A stretch of 64,000 nucleotides of DNA from Hyphochytrium catenoides (taxonomy: Eukaryota > Protista > Hyphochytriomycota), in NCBI GenBank assembly GCA_900088475.1, contig FLMG01004571.1:1-64000 (forward strand), written 5' to 3'. Below are positions 49,476-61,479 of the stretch, one piece after another. The notes under the pieces were generated by a model, which saw only the letters and a list, made by a program, of their open reading frames with translations, made no database searches and was not told the origin of the DNA. The number at the start of each line of letters is the position of its first letter. Position 1 is the first letter of the stretch. A program made the translations under genes and the position numbers.

Positions 49476-50174
49476 AACTTTTGGTTCAGGTAAACCATAG
49501 ATATAGACCTGTCAAGCCTAAATGGGCTCAAAGACTTGAACAGCTTGGGGTTAGCAAGACTCTGCTTGGGACTAGCTCTCTGCTAGTAGACTTGCACCAG
49601 GAGCTAGGTGGCCAGTGTGGGTGACGCCTCTACCTTAAAAGGGGCCTTATCGGTGTATAGTATACAGAGTAGTTCCAATCTAATACGTAAGCATGAGGAT
49701 AATTGTCTATCGTAATATAAACATCATCTACCGAACTGTTCTACTTCTTGACCATAAGACGATAGACTGCCGTCTCAAACTGAGGAAGAACTCATAGACA
49801 ATACATTGTAGGGGTAGACCTAGGCATAAGGAGGTTTGACGTCCAAGAATAGCTGGCACGGAGGATGATCTAGTCTACTAGAAAGCAGCAAAAAGCGAGG
49901 AAGTTTACCATCAAACATTGAAGGAGGAGATCAGCCAGAGACATTGATAGGACGACACTTGTTATTGGATGATTGACATGTTAACAGCACAAGGGGAAGA
50001 CTTGGATGTAGCGGCGAGAAGAAAAAATAATCATAGCGTGATGTTGATTACGAAGCCTTGAAGCATTAGTGAAGACATCTTGACATCAGGTATGTACTCG
50101 AAAAGAAGGATGTGGAATCCTGGCAAGGCGTTCAAACTTGCGCAACCAGGAGGAGGAAAGCGTTCAACACGTGG

Positions 50175-53100
50175 TTAATCTGACCCAGATCTGCTCCACA
50201 CTTTGTGGATGAGGACGGCAGCAGCAGTGCAGATCCCTAGGAGACGAACCTTAAACCCTCGGTCCCCTTCAGGTGAGGGTATTGGGCTTTTGGCGAGTGA
50301 GAGGAATCGAAAGAGTCTGATAGAGAAGAGAAGAATAAAGAGCGTTGCTGCACTTTTTAAGCCAAGGATAGCCCATGTGCCGGACTGTCTTGGTATTAAC
50401 CGACGCCGCTCCCTCGCAAGGAGTTTCCTACAGGTGATTTTGGCGTTGGTATGCAGAAACATGTGATGAGCTTAAGGATATGGAAGCGGACAAGACGAAA
50501 AGGCAAGCTTTGAGAAAGGACAGAAAAAGATTTGAAAGAGTAACTCAAAGAAGGTAGGTGTTAAGTAGGGTACGCACTCTTCATATTCTTCCTTCAAAAG
50601 GGAGATGCCGTAAAGTAGGTCCTCAAAGTCTAGCCTGCCGTCACCGTTCTGGTCAAGACTTATTACGTATCGTTCTGCGTCGGAGCTGTCAACGGTGTCA
50701 CCTGGAGGGAAAAAAGAAAGTATAAGGAAGGACGGTGAAGGATAAGGAAGGACGGTGAAGTGCTTGTATACTCCCAAAAGGGCGGGCGCTAAGATCTCAT
50801 TGTTCGCACCAAATCGAGATAAGGCTCTGAGCAAAAACCCAACAGAGGCAAACGCAGTGAGTGGAGACGCCTAACACACCAGAGGCAGACATACAGCCGA
50901 TATAGGGAATCAATTTCAACAATCCGACAGGAGAACTAATAAGCGCCAGCTCTCAGAGGGCCTTTGACTGAAGGTGAAATATGTTCTTACCAAGAACGAA
51001 GCCGATGAAATGGACAAGTTCGTCTGGCCCAATCTCCATATCTCCATTGATGTCCATCAGCTCGAACAACAGCTTCAGAAGGTCTATCTCGTCTCGCGAG
51101 AAGACATGCTGTCATAAATAGTGACGACTTAGCAGGGGGAGTCCCTGCTTCTCATGGTCTCTGAGAAGCAACATCATCTACTAAAGGCCTCTCCCTGTCT
51201 CGCTCGATCCTCAACAGTGCACTACTTTCCCAATACTCCTCTCTTTCAGTTATAGCGTATCTCCCTCTCGAAAGGTCTTTGTGTTCTCTCTCTTCAGTCA
51301 ATGTCTAGCACTAGGCCACTTTTTTCAGGGCTACCTTGCTCTGTTGATGTCTCGTGACAGCCTTCGCATATTCATGAGACCTAGAGAAAGGCGTGAGGGG
51401 GCACGTCGCCAGCATGTATTGGAGCTTCCCTACCTGGACCGGGCCCGAGAGTAGATGCTACTTGCGTCATCATCTGCACGAGAGGGATGGTAGCACCTTA
51501 GTTCCTATCCTGGAGGTCAATCTATCTTGATAAACTTTTCTAATAGGTGACCCCTGATTCAACCCTATCTCCATGCTCCCTTTATCGTCTATAGTGTGAA
51601 GTTGGCGCCGGCTAGCTGATGCTTCCTTAGCTTACTAGAGTCCGAACTCCTTTGCCTCTTTTCGGTCAATTTCTTAGGTCATGGGTTTACCCTACCTGAA
51701 TCTCTCATCACCCAGGTCTCTCCAGTCTCTGCAAGCTTCTGTCGAATCGCGTCAGGATGCATTTCGATAGACTTCCTTCGCTTCACAACACGAGGTGAAG
51801 GATAAGCATCGCTGTCGCTTCTGGAGCGAAAGAACCCGATAACCGAGAAAGATGAAGAGGGAGAATTCTTGAGCAGCTTTTTCTTGTCACACAGTCGAGC
51901 CATTCTTTCGAAGGCCATTTTGCTGGTCTGAATGTACGGCATCACAGCGTGTATCTGGAAGTATATCTCCATGGACATACTTAAAAGGATGACAAGGGCC
52001 TGTAAGTTGTCGTGTTGAAGCGAATCATAACAAAGGAAATATCAGGGAATCCAAAACATTAAAGACTAAGGTCACCATTAGGAGGTCTCGACCCTAGATA
52101 GCCTAAGGGCTTGAAGATGCTTTAGAGAACTCTTTGATAGGACAGTGAATATAGATCGAGCCGCCGAGTCAGGGCTGCTTACTTCCTCTCCCAGCTTGGC
52201 TTCGGATGTGGAACGGCATCAAAGGTGCAGATTTCAAAGTCAGTGGCCTCGAGTCCGATTACCACGTAACTTCCCTGCCAAAGTTTTCGAGAGTAGTAGC
52301 GAGAGCAATTGTCACATACTATGATAGCTTCTTGTCAAACCTTCGCTCTCCGTCTCGCCTTTCCACAATACTTTCTACTCTCTCTCTGTTTCTCTAGATT
52401 GGTATTGGATTGCATCATTACCTTGTTATCTATCCTGTCGCAGTAGTGCGGGGCAGAAAAAATGGTAACACAGGGAGGAATGCTCTTGACCTCCCTCTTG
52501 TCGAATGGTGCAAAGGTTGGAGAGTCAAAGTGGCATTCATAGCCTTGGAGCTTCATCTAATGGCATTCAGGAGGAAGATCGTTGAGCCGCCGTCTTACTA
52601 AACCGATATCAGCGACATAGGGATAATGAACAAGGAAGGAAAGAGCAATAACGTAGAGGCACTTTGCCAGATATCACCTCGTGGGCACGGAAGAGAGACA
52701 CGAGCTCGTTTTTCTGCAAAAAATCCATGAGTGCCTTAAACCCGAAGCGGTAGGAGCATCCCCTCTCCTGAGAGAATGAGCGGATGTCGAAAGACGAGCT
52801 TAGTAATTGTCCGCGCTCATTGAAGTTGGGAAGATACAAGCGAGATCGAGAGACAGGTAGGGCCGGGCGTTGCCACATGCTGTAAGGGAATAGAATGGCG
52901 TACCGGATTCTCCTTGAAAGTCATTCCCACTACCTCCTCTTGGGAGTCTATGAAGTCCGTAAGTACATCTCCAGTGCGTTCTCTCGGCCTGCCAGTCATC
53001 TCTTCCTCGTCCTCTTCGCCTTCCGCAATTACGGTCGTCTCTTCTGTTCCTTGCGCCGCTAGCGGAACCGCTGCTTATATGTAAGCCCAAAATAGGATTA

Positions 53101-54586
53101 CGTTCTATAGATATGACAAAATCAACCTGTTCCTGGCATCCTCTCCGTGGAGAGAGGATCGGACCACAGAAGATCGCATAAAGAGCCTTCCGATAGGGGT
53201 TCTCTCAACCTATTTAGTGCCATCACTTCAGCAATACTAGATAGCTGTTGCACAGAAAGAAGGTACGTGGTTGTGAGCACCACCAGGGAGATAACACCAA
53301 TATTGGTGCAGCGCGTACGGAAAGGGGGCTGAAAACGTCTAATGAAGTTGCGCCACAACTATGGCGTGATGGCACAAGTATGACGGGAAGGCCTTAGAGC
53401 GCACTAAAGAGCCGAGTTCAATAAGAACAAGCCAATTTGAGGACAGCAGCTTCGTACACAGCACGGTGGAACTCAAGCAGAAGACGCTTGGAGCTAAGAC
53501 ATATCGTCGAACGAATGTGAAGGCAGAAAACAGAGAAGTCTAGGTGACACTTTTCAACCTCAGGCGAGATGCCGCCATGTACAGCAAAGATTTGACCATA
53601 GTTTGTCTGGAGTAAGGCAGCTATCGGGAGCGCTTGGAAGCAACTGATAAAATGATAATAAACTGACAACCCATACTTGTGCATGCCTAAAAGTAAGAGA
53701 AGTAAGTCACAGGTAGCACAGCTGCAGGCAAAGTAGTTTGCAATGTGGTCTGCACACAGCAGAGATGTAGCCAAGTAATAAAAGTGGAGAACTGCACAAT
53801 GAAATCTAGTGAGGTACTGGATTACAGAGAGCCAACATACAGAAAAAAAGGAATGGCCAATAGGTGGCTAAACTAGGTACGCTTGGGGAAGAGGCAAGCC
53901 ACAAGGTGCTGACATTCTAGTCTGAACCCGTAATGACTTGATATTGCTTCAGATTCGTGGTTTCCCCTCAGAAGGAATACGTGTTGGGGATGATGCACTT
54001 TCAGGGATAGCAGATAGAGCATTACTTCACATGAGAAAGCACCCCTATCTGGAGATGAGATAACATAGAGTCAGTTACTGGATGGAGGGCAGGATTGAAG
54101 AGGTACAGGCAGGATCAGAGGGTCATGTTCCAGACCAGGTCGTAGCATAGATAGAGAGCGAAGTGGCAAGAGAAGACCCGCAGGAAGAGGAACTTTAGAC
54201 GAAACCGGGGTTAGATGCGGTCAGCAACTATGTCCCTGATATTGTACTTAACACAAGCGGTGGTAGGGTGAATATGAGCCTCCCAACTTACCTACAAAGT
54301 CCCCGAGAAAGAGGAAGCGATTTTTTTCTGCGGATAGAGAGAGTGGGGGAGGCAGCCGAGAAGGTCGGAGGATCGTGAGGCGATAACATTGAGAATTTCT
54401 TTTTGCTTTGCTCTCAAGCAAAATGGTGAAACAGGAACCCACCAGAGGGCGCCTCTAAGTCCACCTGCTTCGCAAGATGTAGAAGATCATAAAACTGGCC
54501 GTGAATGTCTCCGATAACTGCAAAAAATCCCCAAGTCATAAGGCCGACACAGCAGCCACGGACAGAGAGAGAGACAGACAGAGAGA

Positions 54587-54626
<40 letters not shown>

Positions 54627-55449
54627 GAAATATATGAGAGAGAGAAGGAGAGAGAGAAAGGAGATTATAAGGACACACGCGTTGCAGGCTGCAATTAGCA
54701 TATTTCAGAGAGAGCTCGAGGCTGGGGGAAATGTCACACTAACGAACGAGCAAAGTATGCACACCAGAGCAAGACTCAAAGGCGGGAGGAAGGTGGTGTC
54801 AGGCTTAGAGATAGAGAGGATGCAAGAAGCCGAGAATTACGAGACAAAGAAGAAGAGAGAGCCAAGAGAGAATACAAGGCAGTTAGGCCATGTCCCAAAT
54901 GAAAGAGGGCAACAATTGTCTCTGATTGGCACAAGTGGAAGGTCATAAGCGAGTTCTATGCTCTATACCTGTAACAGGTGCAGGAATATCAATCACATTC
55001 CTCTCAAGGAGGAGAAGGTCCTTAGCTCTGTGAATGATTGCTAGCGCTGCGTCTATTGGAAGTGGTTGTTGCTCTATGAATAGCTCTCTGAGCTTATCTG
55101 GCGGCACTAAAGCAGCGGTGCCTATCTTGTACTTCTGCCGCAATAGCTCGCCATGTTGCCTCAGAGGCGCAGAGCCCACATCTGTGATCGGTGATTTACT
55201 ATCCCCCTCTCTTTCCCTGTCGGTTGCATTGGTTCGAAGTCTGTCTTGCCGTTCTGCTACCACAGGTATCTCACTGACTGGAGCAGCTCTCCGTGCGATA
55301 TGGCTGTCCTGCTCTTCCCCCTCTCGCCCATTCGAAAAAGGCTCTAAAGCACCTTCCCCCAGCTCCGTCAGGGCATTTGGGACCGACGCTGAGCGTCTTG
55401 CTGGGGGGTTTTGGCTGTCTTTTGTAGTCTTTTCCTTCTTTCTACCCAT
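50175..55449 (-). CDS. Calcineurin A (PP2B)-like Ser/Thr phosphatase with C-terminal EF-hand pair and probable two TM helices; many exons
   Basis: GDIHGQFYDL, LFLGDFV|DRG, LLRGNHE, VHGGISPE, CDLLWSDP, RGCSYRFG, RAHE and TIFSAPHYCD; EF loops DINGDMEIGPDE and DQNGDGRLDFED; hydrophobic last exon. Confidence 0.88.
50722..50760. repeat. 20-bp intronic tandem duplication
   Basis: ataaggaaggacggtgaag x2. Confidence 0.9.
54563..54662. repeat. Intronic (AG)n tract
   Basis: ga run. Confidence 0.95.
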
Positions 55450-56411
55450 CCTCGTCCTCCTGTCCTTAGTTACAAGCTTCGTGGCGCCGTTTAGCCTACT
55501 TGTCTACAGGCAGCCCTTATCAACCACGGGCCATCTGCAGGCATTCTTTTCTAAGCGCATGGGCCGACCCAGACCCTGCTTATAGCGTGTGCTCAACTTA
55601 CAGAGCGCCCACAATTATTGCTCTCACCGCCACGGACTCCGCCCAGGTCCAGATGGTCCAATCCGGAAAGCTTCTTACATGCTTCCTTGTGCACTTGACC
55701 CGACACAGCAAAAAGGCTTCACTCATCAGAACATCCCTTAGGCCAAAGAGTTCCCCATAATTGTTGAGAAGCTTGGAGACAGACTATGATCGAGACAAGA
55801 AGAAGGATGAGAAAGATCAAACACTGCTTATAGTTTTTACTACTAGTTATGAGCAGGAGGAGATATATGAAGAGGGGAGACAGAGAAAATAGAGACGACG
55901 GGTTTATTATGAAGAAGACTCACCATTTATTCACAAGGTAAATTATAAAACGAGGGATGGCAAACTTTACTCAATGTTAATCTATAAGGTGTAAAATAAG
56001 GCATCGGCAGTGTGATATGTATGGTGAGTCTTCGGGCAATATGTCTGAAGCTTGTCGGCTCGTCAAAGACCGGTCAATTTCTCGCATATTATGTCAAATT
56101 AGCATAACGGCCAGTGCCGCGCTTTTCCGTGGCAAATACAAAAGTTTGCGCTCACAGAGATCAGAGATTGCGGTCACGGAGTTCCACATCGGCTCTCCCG
56201 GGTCTCACGAAGGAAGCCTGGCACCCAGACAGTCGCCATTCATCTGCTGCATAGCAAAAGGGAGAACTCAAGCAGAAGCCAGAGCTTGATAAGTTTGAGG
56301 CACACTTGACTGGAGTGTGTATGCCCTCACACGGACGCTGATACATCACAATCCCTAAGCATTTGACCATACTGGGTGCCAAACATTCCAAGAGCTAACA
56401 CCTGCTGGACA

Positions 56412-57405
56412 ATGGCCAAGGACCACAATGAATACGAGGAGCCACAGAGCTCTAACACCCTTTCCTGGGAAGAAGTGAAAGATATATGTGCGGAAGTAGC
56501 GCTTCTTTATACGTCTACAGAGCGAGATGATCTACAAAAGATTGAGGAGATTAAGCAAATTCAAAAGGAAATGTTTGCCATGATGGACTCCTATCACGCC
56601 GATGCCAAGACTATCATTCGAGGTAAACCCCAAGCCCTTTGCATCTCTTTCTTCCCCTTAATTTAGCGCGTTTTCTTCTTTTGGGCCTTTTGTAGATCTG
56701 ACGAAGACCGTGGAGGAGACGGAGGAGGCCAATGCCCAGATCTGCCCTGATGGCGAGTATGCGAAGAAGAGTGAAGATGTGGAGCAGGCTAGGTCACAAC
56801 TGGAAGCTGCCATTAATGACCTGAAGTCTTCTGAACAATATCCTTAACCACACCGAGTCTTCTCAATTTCCTTTCAAACCTGTAACACTCTAGGCGTAGC
56901 CAACTCTTGGCTATATGTGTGAAGATCCCAATGTATGTCTCCGTTCACTCCTTAACAGCTGCAGCACAAGCATCATTTCAGGTATTGCAGAGATCAAATT
57001 GAAGGCAGAGGAGCTTATCAGCGCTTCCAAAGCTGTAGAGTCGAAGAAGATCGTAGACGGGCCCAGACTTCGGTAGGGATGATGTTATCTGTGTATCAGG
57101 TTCCGCGTTCTGAAAATCTCTCCAGCCACGCTCTCAGCCTCTATGGAAACATTAGTGGCATAAAATGGAAGTACGACGCCGAACCCGGAAGAGTTAAAGG
57201 ATGTAAGAGCTTCCTGTTTTTATCAGAGGACGACCACTTACCATAGCCCATTTCGACTGGTTTCGTCTTATTGATAGTTGTCTCCCATGGAGATGCCGGA
57301 GGTGTGAGATCATTTGATCTGAAGAAGGACGACTATACCGAGTGCACTCTCGCCGATGCACTTTGGGCTGCAATTGACAGCAATCCTCTGGCGGCTGGCG
57401 CATAA
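56412..57405 (+). CDS. SPC24: Kinetochore Ndc80-complex subunit Spc24, 5 exons
   Basis: N-terminal coiled coil, then PRLRHALSLYGNISGIKWKYD...VKGF...RSFDL...TLADALWAAI, the Spc24 C-terminal domain pattern. Confidence 0.85.
56838..56967 (+). other. U12-type AT-AC minor intron (130 nt) in SPC24
   Basis: 5' site ATATCCTT, branch site TCCTTAAC at 56949-56956, 3' end AC; removing it restores the frame (CA|A = Gln). Confidence 0.9.
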
Positions 57406-58248
57406 GAGCGCCTGTCGGACAGTTGTTTCTGGTCCCTATCTCCGTTCGTTTCCTGGTGATTTCTACAAATCAAACTCAGAACTGTAACTTTAATGCATCA
57501 CTTTGCTCACCTCAACGCCCCAATGTCTAGAGAATACGGGGTTTCAGGCTCTGGCGTACCATACCCGCAGTTAGGAGGGTTATAGCGAGAGATCGGAATC
57601 GCATCCTGAGCTACAATACACGGCTTGCGATGCACATATGGTCGAGAGCGGAGAGCATATAGGGATATTTTACGTTACTCTGGGAGGATATTCTGCAGTC
57701 CTCTCTCCTGCCTCCTACAAACATCCCTAGTGACGTTCTCTCTAGCTCAGCTCAGATAAAAACATATCAAGGTTATCTCGGTGAAACCCTTCCACATTAG
57801 AGATGTCATTTCTAATTCTGCTATCAAGATTCTCCCCGATTACTTCGCGGTCCATAGCCTCTTTGCAGTATCGCACCGTCCACCAAAGACTGACTTGTAC
57901 CATGGTGTTGGTCACGTCCAAAAATGTCGGTCTCAACTCTACATCATCCTCCAAGTCCTAGAATTCAATAGGGACCCAAGCTGAAGATACCCTAGTAGAA
58001 AACCCAATCGAGGCAGGGACAATGATGAGAGATGACTGGGAAAACTCCCTCCCTACGACAAAAGTTCATTTAGAACGTCGGCTTTATTAGATGAGATCAG
58101 TCTTCCCTTAGTTGATCAGGAGGCTACTTGACTGAGGAGATGTGGTCTCCTTGTGCGATAACTTAATAGAGCTCTAATGCAGCTCCAATAATAAATAGAT
58201 CTATAGGCCCTGTGGGCCGCCTCTAACGCTTGCCGTGGTTGTGCAGGC

Positions 58249-59953
58249 TCAAGGATGCACCGCGCTAATGGGTGACATAGCTGAAAATGCTCTCGCTGTC
58301 TTCTTCAGCCTGAGAGCTTCTTCTGCTCGTCTTAGGGCCTCTCTTTGACAATTGCTAACCTGCCTCTTGACAGAGTCCTGACTAGCGATAGAGTACGCAG
58401 CTGCTTCTCTCTGCCTCAGGCAGAGATCGCCCACCTTGAGAACTATATGTCTCAGAAAGCATATTGCAAAGAAAAAGAAAAACACAATCCCCACACAGAT
58501 CACCACCACCTGAATTATGGGCACGTGGTCACTCGTTGAAGGAAGCGGCATCCTCTCCCCCGACGGGGTCATAAGTCCAGCGCTGACTAAATCCTTTCCT
58601 CGGACATTTAACGAGACAGACAGCATTGGAGAGGAGGAGAAGAGAATCGGGGATACCACTCTAAGAAAGCTTTCGCCGAAGGCCCATAGATTGTCAACGC
58701 CTCCTTCTGCGAAAGTGGTGCCCACCATAAAGGTGTACGTGCCCCGACAACCTGTAGCGGAACTCCTCCAAAAAAGCTCATCCTGAGAGACAGAGATGCT
58801 TGTCTCCGCTCCGCTGCCATCCACAAGTTCCACATAGAGATGGCCATGGAGCTTGTCAGGACAAACGAACATACCCCGATCCAGACAGGTGGGTTCAAAC
58901 TCACATTGCTTCTCAAGAAGTTTTGGGAGAATATTTTTGGAGAAGGTCTCGTTATCCAAGAAAATCCCCAACAAACCGCTGTCAAGGACGGCCACCTTCT
59001 TGTGCAGTCTAGTTGTTCCTGTTTTGGCCCAAGCCCTATGCTTTCCAAGCGACAGGACAAAATCGAGATGGCTAACTTGAACGGACCAGTGGTTAGGGTC
59101 GGCAACCTCTAATGTCTGCCAGGAGCAACCCTTCCTATCAAAACAGTCCGCAGGATCGTAACCCCCGATTACGATGGTCGAGCTCACTTGGCCGCTGCTG
59201 TTACTATAGTGCCAGCTGAACGTGTCCATGAAGCCAGACGACGCCCGCTGTGACTTTGCAAGAGGTTGAGGAGGGGCAAGACCCAAGATGCCATCGTAGG
59301 GCCAGGTTCCAGTTTGAATGTGATCTTTGATGGCTATCCGCTGGACCAGGGCCATGGAGAGCGGAAGGCTCCTCCCTGCCACCAAAACCTCCTCTTCGAG
59401 CGGCTGGCCCTGAAGAGTTTTTCCCCGGTAAAATGCTTCTAAGGGACAGTTCGTACAAGGAGCGCTAGTACAGTTGTGTCCATGACAGTCCGACAAATTG
59501 CCTGGCCGATAAGAACCTGCGCTTTCCTTGGTACACAGAGATTTGAAGAACGTCAGCATTGACCCCGACACAGAGTTGTAGATTAGGGTTACCTGCTTGC
59601 AGGGAAGGCACCAATACTCTAACTTGTCTCCCTCCAATCGATGCTGCCGGCATGCTTGACAGTCGTTAGAGAGGACCCATACTCCAACGATACCTGTTAT
59701 CACATAGATAGAGTGGATGAGTGCCCAAAAGACTAAGTGCACAGAAGAAGAAGGACCTACTAGTGTCAAAAAGCATTTCATATGATTCCTGTCCAACCGT
59801 CACCGTTCCTAGATATCCACCAAACACCGTACCGCTCCTGTTGCCCTCTAGTCGGAAGAAGCGTGACTTCACTTGTGTGAATGGCTTCAGGCTAATCTGG
59901 TGGGCGCCCGTAGGTTGGGGCTCATCCCATGCTGATCTCTTCCGCAGGCTCAT
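58249..59953 (-). CDS. Pepsin-family (A1) aspartic protease-like protein with C-terminal TM; 5' end uncertain
   Basis: YLGTVTVGQESYEMLFDT|SIVGVWV, DGILGLA, IVIGGYD, HWSV, AVLDSGL, WAFGESFLR and TM IIQVVVICVGIVFFFFFAICFL. Confidence 0.8.
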
Positions 59954-61479
59954 TTTCCATCGACATGGATGAACTTCAAACCGTCATATTGGTGCATTCA
60001 CACAGCCTTCCTTCTGCTCCCAGATAAATCCTCACTTGCGCCGGACGAAGCTGTAATGTGCCAACGATGTTGCAAGCTCTACTAAGGCCTCTAGATTTTT
60101 GCAGCCCCGCTGTGCCAGCAGCATAGCAAGAGGCTGCAAGCACCACCTACAGGCCCCAGCCTGGTTTTGTTACCATCTCTCTCATACTTCCCTACACAGC
60201 AATGAGCAAAATCCTTGCTGACACGACTCTATCATTGCCCTAGACCAGCCATGATCCCTTGCCCACTTTGCAGCAGGATGCACCACACCAGCCCCAAGAG
60301 CCCATCATCATCTTTATCATTCTATCATTGGCAGCGGTCGCCTAGGGAGGACCCACAAGGGCCAAGACCAGAAGAGGAGAATCATCCATTGACCTCCTCC
60401 CTGCACTGCAGACACTCTCCTGCCTGGCCTCATGCTGACCGGTGCACAGATGCCGTTGCGGGCGGCTGCTTGTGAGCTCCGATGACAAGCAGTCCAAAGC
60501 AAAGCATTATTTTCACCTGCACAAGCCAGAGCCTTCTCTCATCTTTTCCCCTTCACTTGTCGGGAGGGAAGTCTGCAGTTGCCCTTTGACACACATGACA
60601 ATACGCATTTGGGATCCAAAGAGGTTTATCCTGATTTCTAGCAGCTTTTTGTGGTGAGTATTCGGGATGTAAGGTTAAAAAATTGTAGTTGTGCAAAACA
60701 TTGTAAAATGTTTGTCGTGCAAGAGACAGAATCTGCCAACCAAAGTAATGCCGCCCCTCAACACACGATGATACATGAGCTTTGGCCCATCATCTGATCG
60801 TGTGCCGCCCTAGCAAGAAAGTCCATTGGTCGTACTTGTACAGCTGGGACCAAAAGTACACAACGGCTTCTGCTAGGATACGATCATACATACTACTACC
60901 AACTACGCGTACACGCGGGATAGGAGTGCATGGCCCTATTATTAGCCGAGAACGTAATCCGACATTTTGAAGCCTATAACTCTTTCTATCCTATATCTTA
61001 TGCCCTAGAAATCTGTACCTATGGCGAAATGAGTGCCTACATTATCTTTAGTCATTAGGTGGTAGTATTTGTGGGCGACAAAAGAAGGAAGAAGGTTCTT
61101 CGCTTTGGCTTTGGCTTTGGGCTTCCTTTCGCTTGAAAGATCTTCAGATTGAGATCTGCAGACGATATCCAGGATCACGCTGGCGAGGCCGCAGCTTCGC
61201 TCTGTGCTTCACTATGCGATTGAGCATGGCCTGGTGAGCAAGGCCTGCGGGCATAAAGGGGAAGTACGGCTGGGATGGCCATAATGTGGATGTTTATGGC
61301 TTAGTAGATTATCTCTTCGCAAAATAGAGGACCTCGGGGCCGTCAAGTTCAGGAGAGTCAGCTACACTTGGTTGAAGGGGAGGAATGTATAAGGGGCGTA
61401 CGCTATCCCCTCGCTGTCCCGGTCAGTGGCAAGCTACCCAGTCTCTTATTCACCTTCTACCATAGATCTGAACAGCCGC

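Noticed and set aside
57742-57954. LEDDVELRPTFL fragment resembling a glycosyltransferase-25 motif
   Set aside because: Single short motif with an in-frame stop just upstream and no supportable flanking exons
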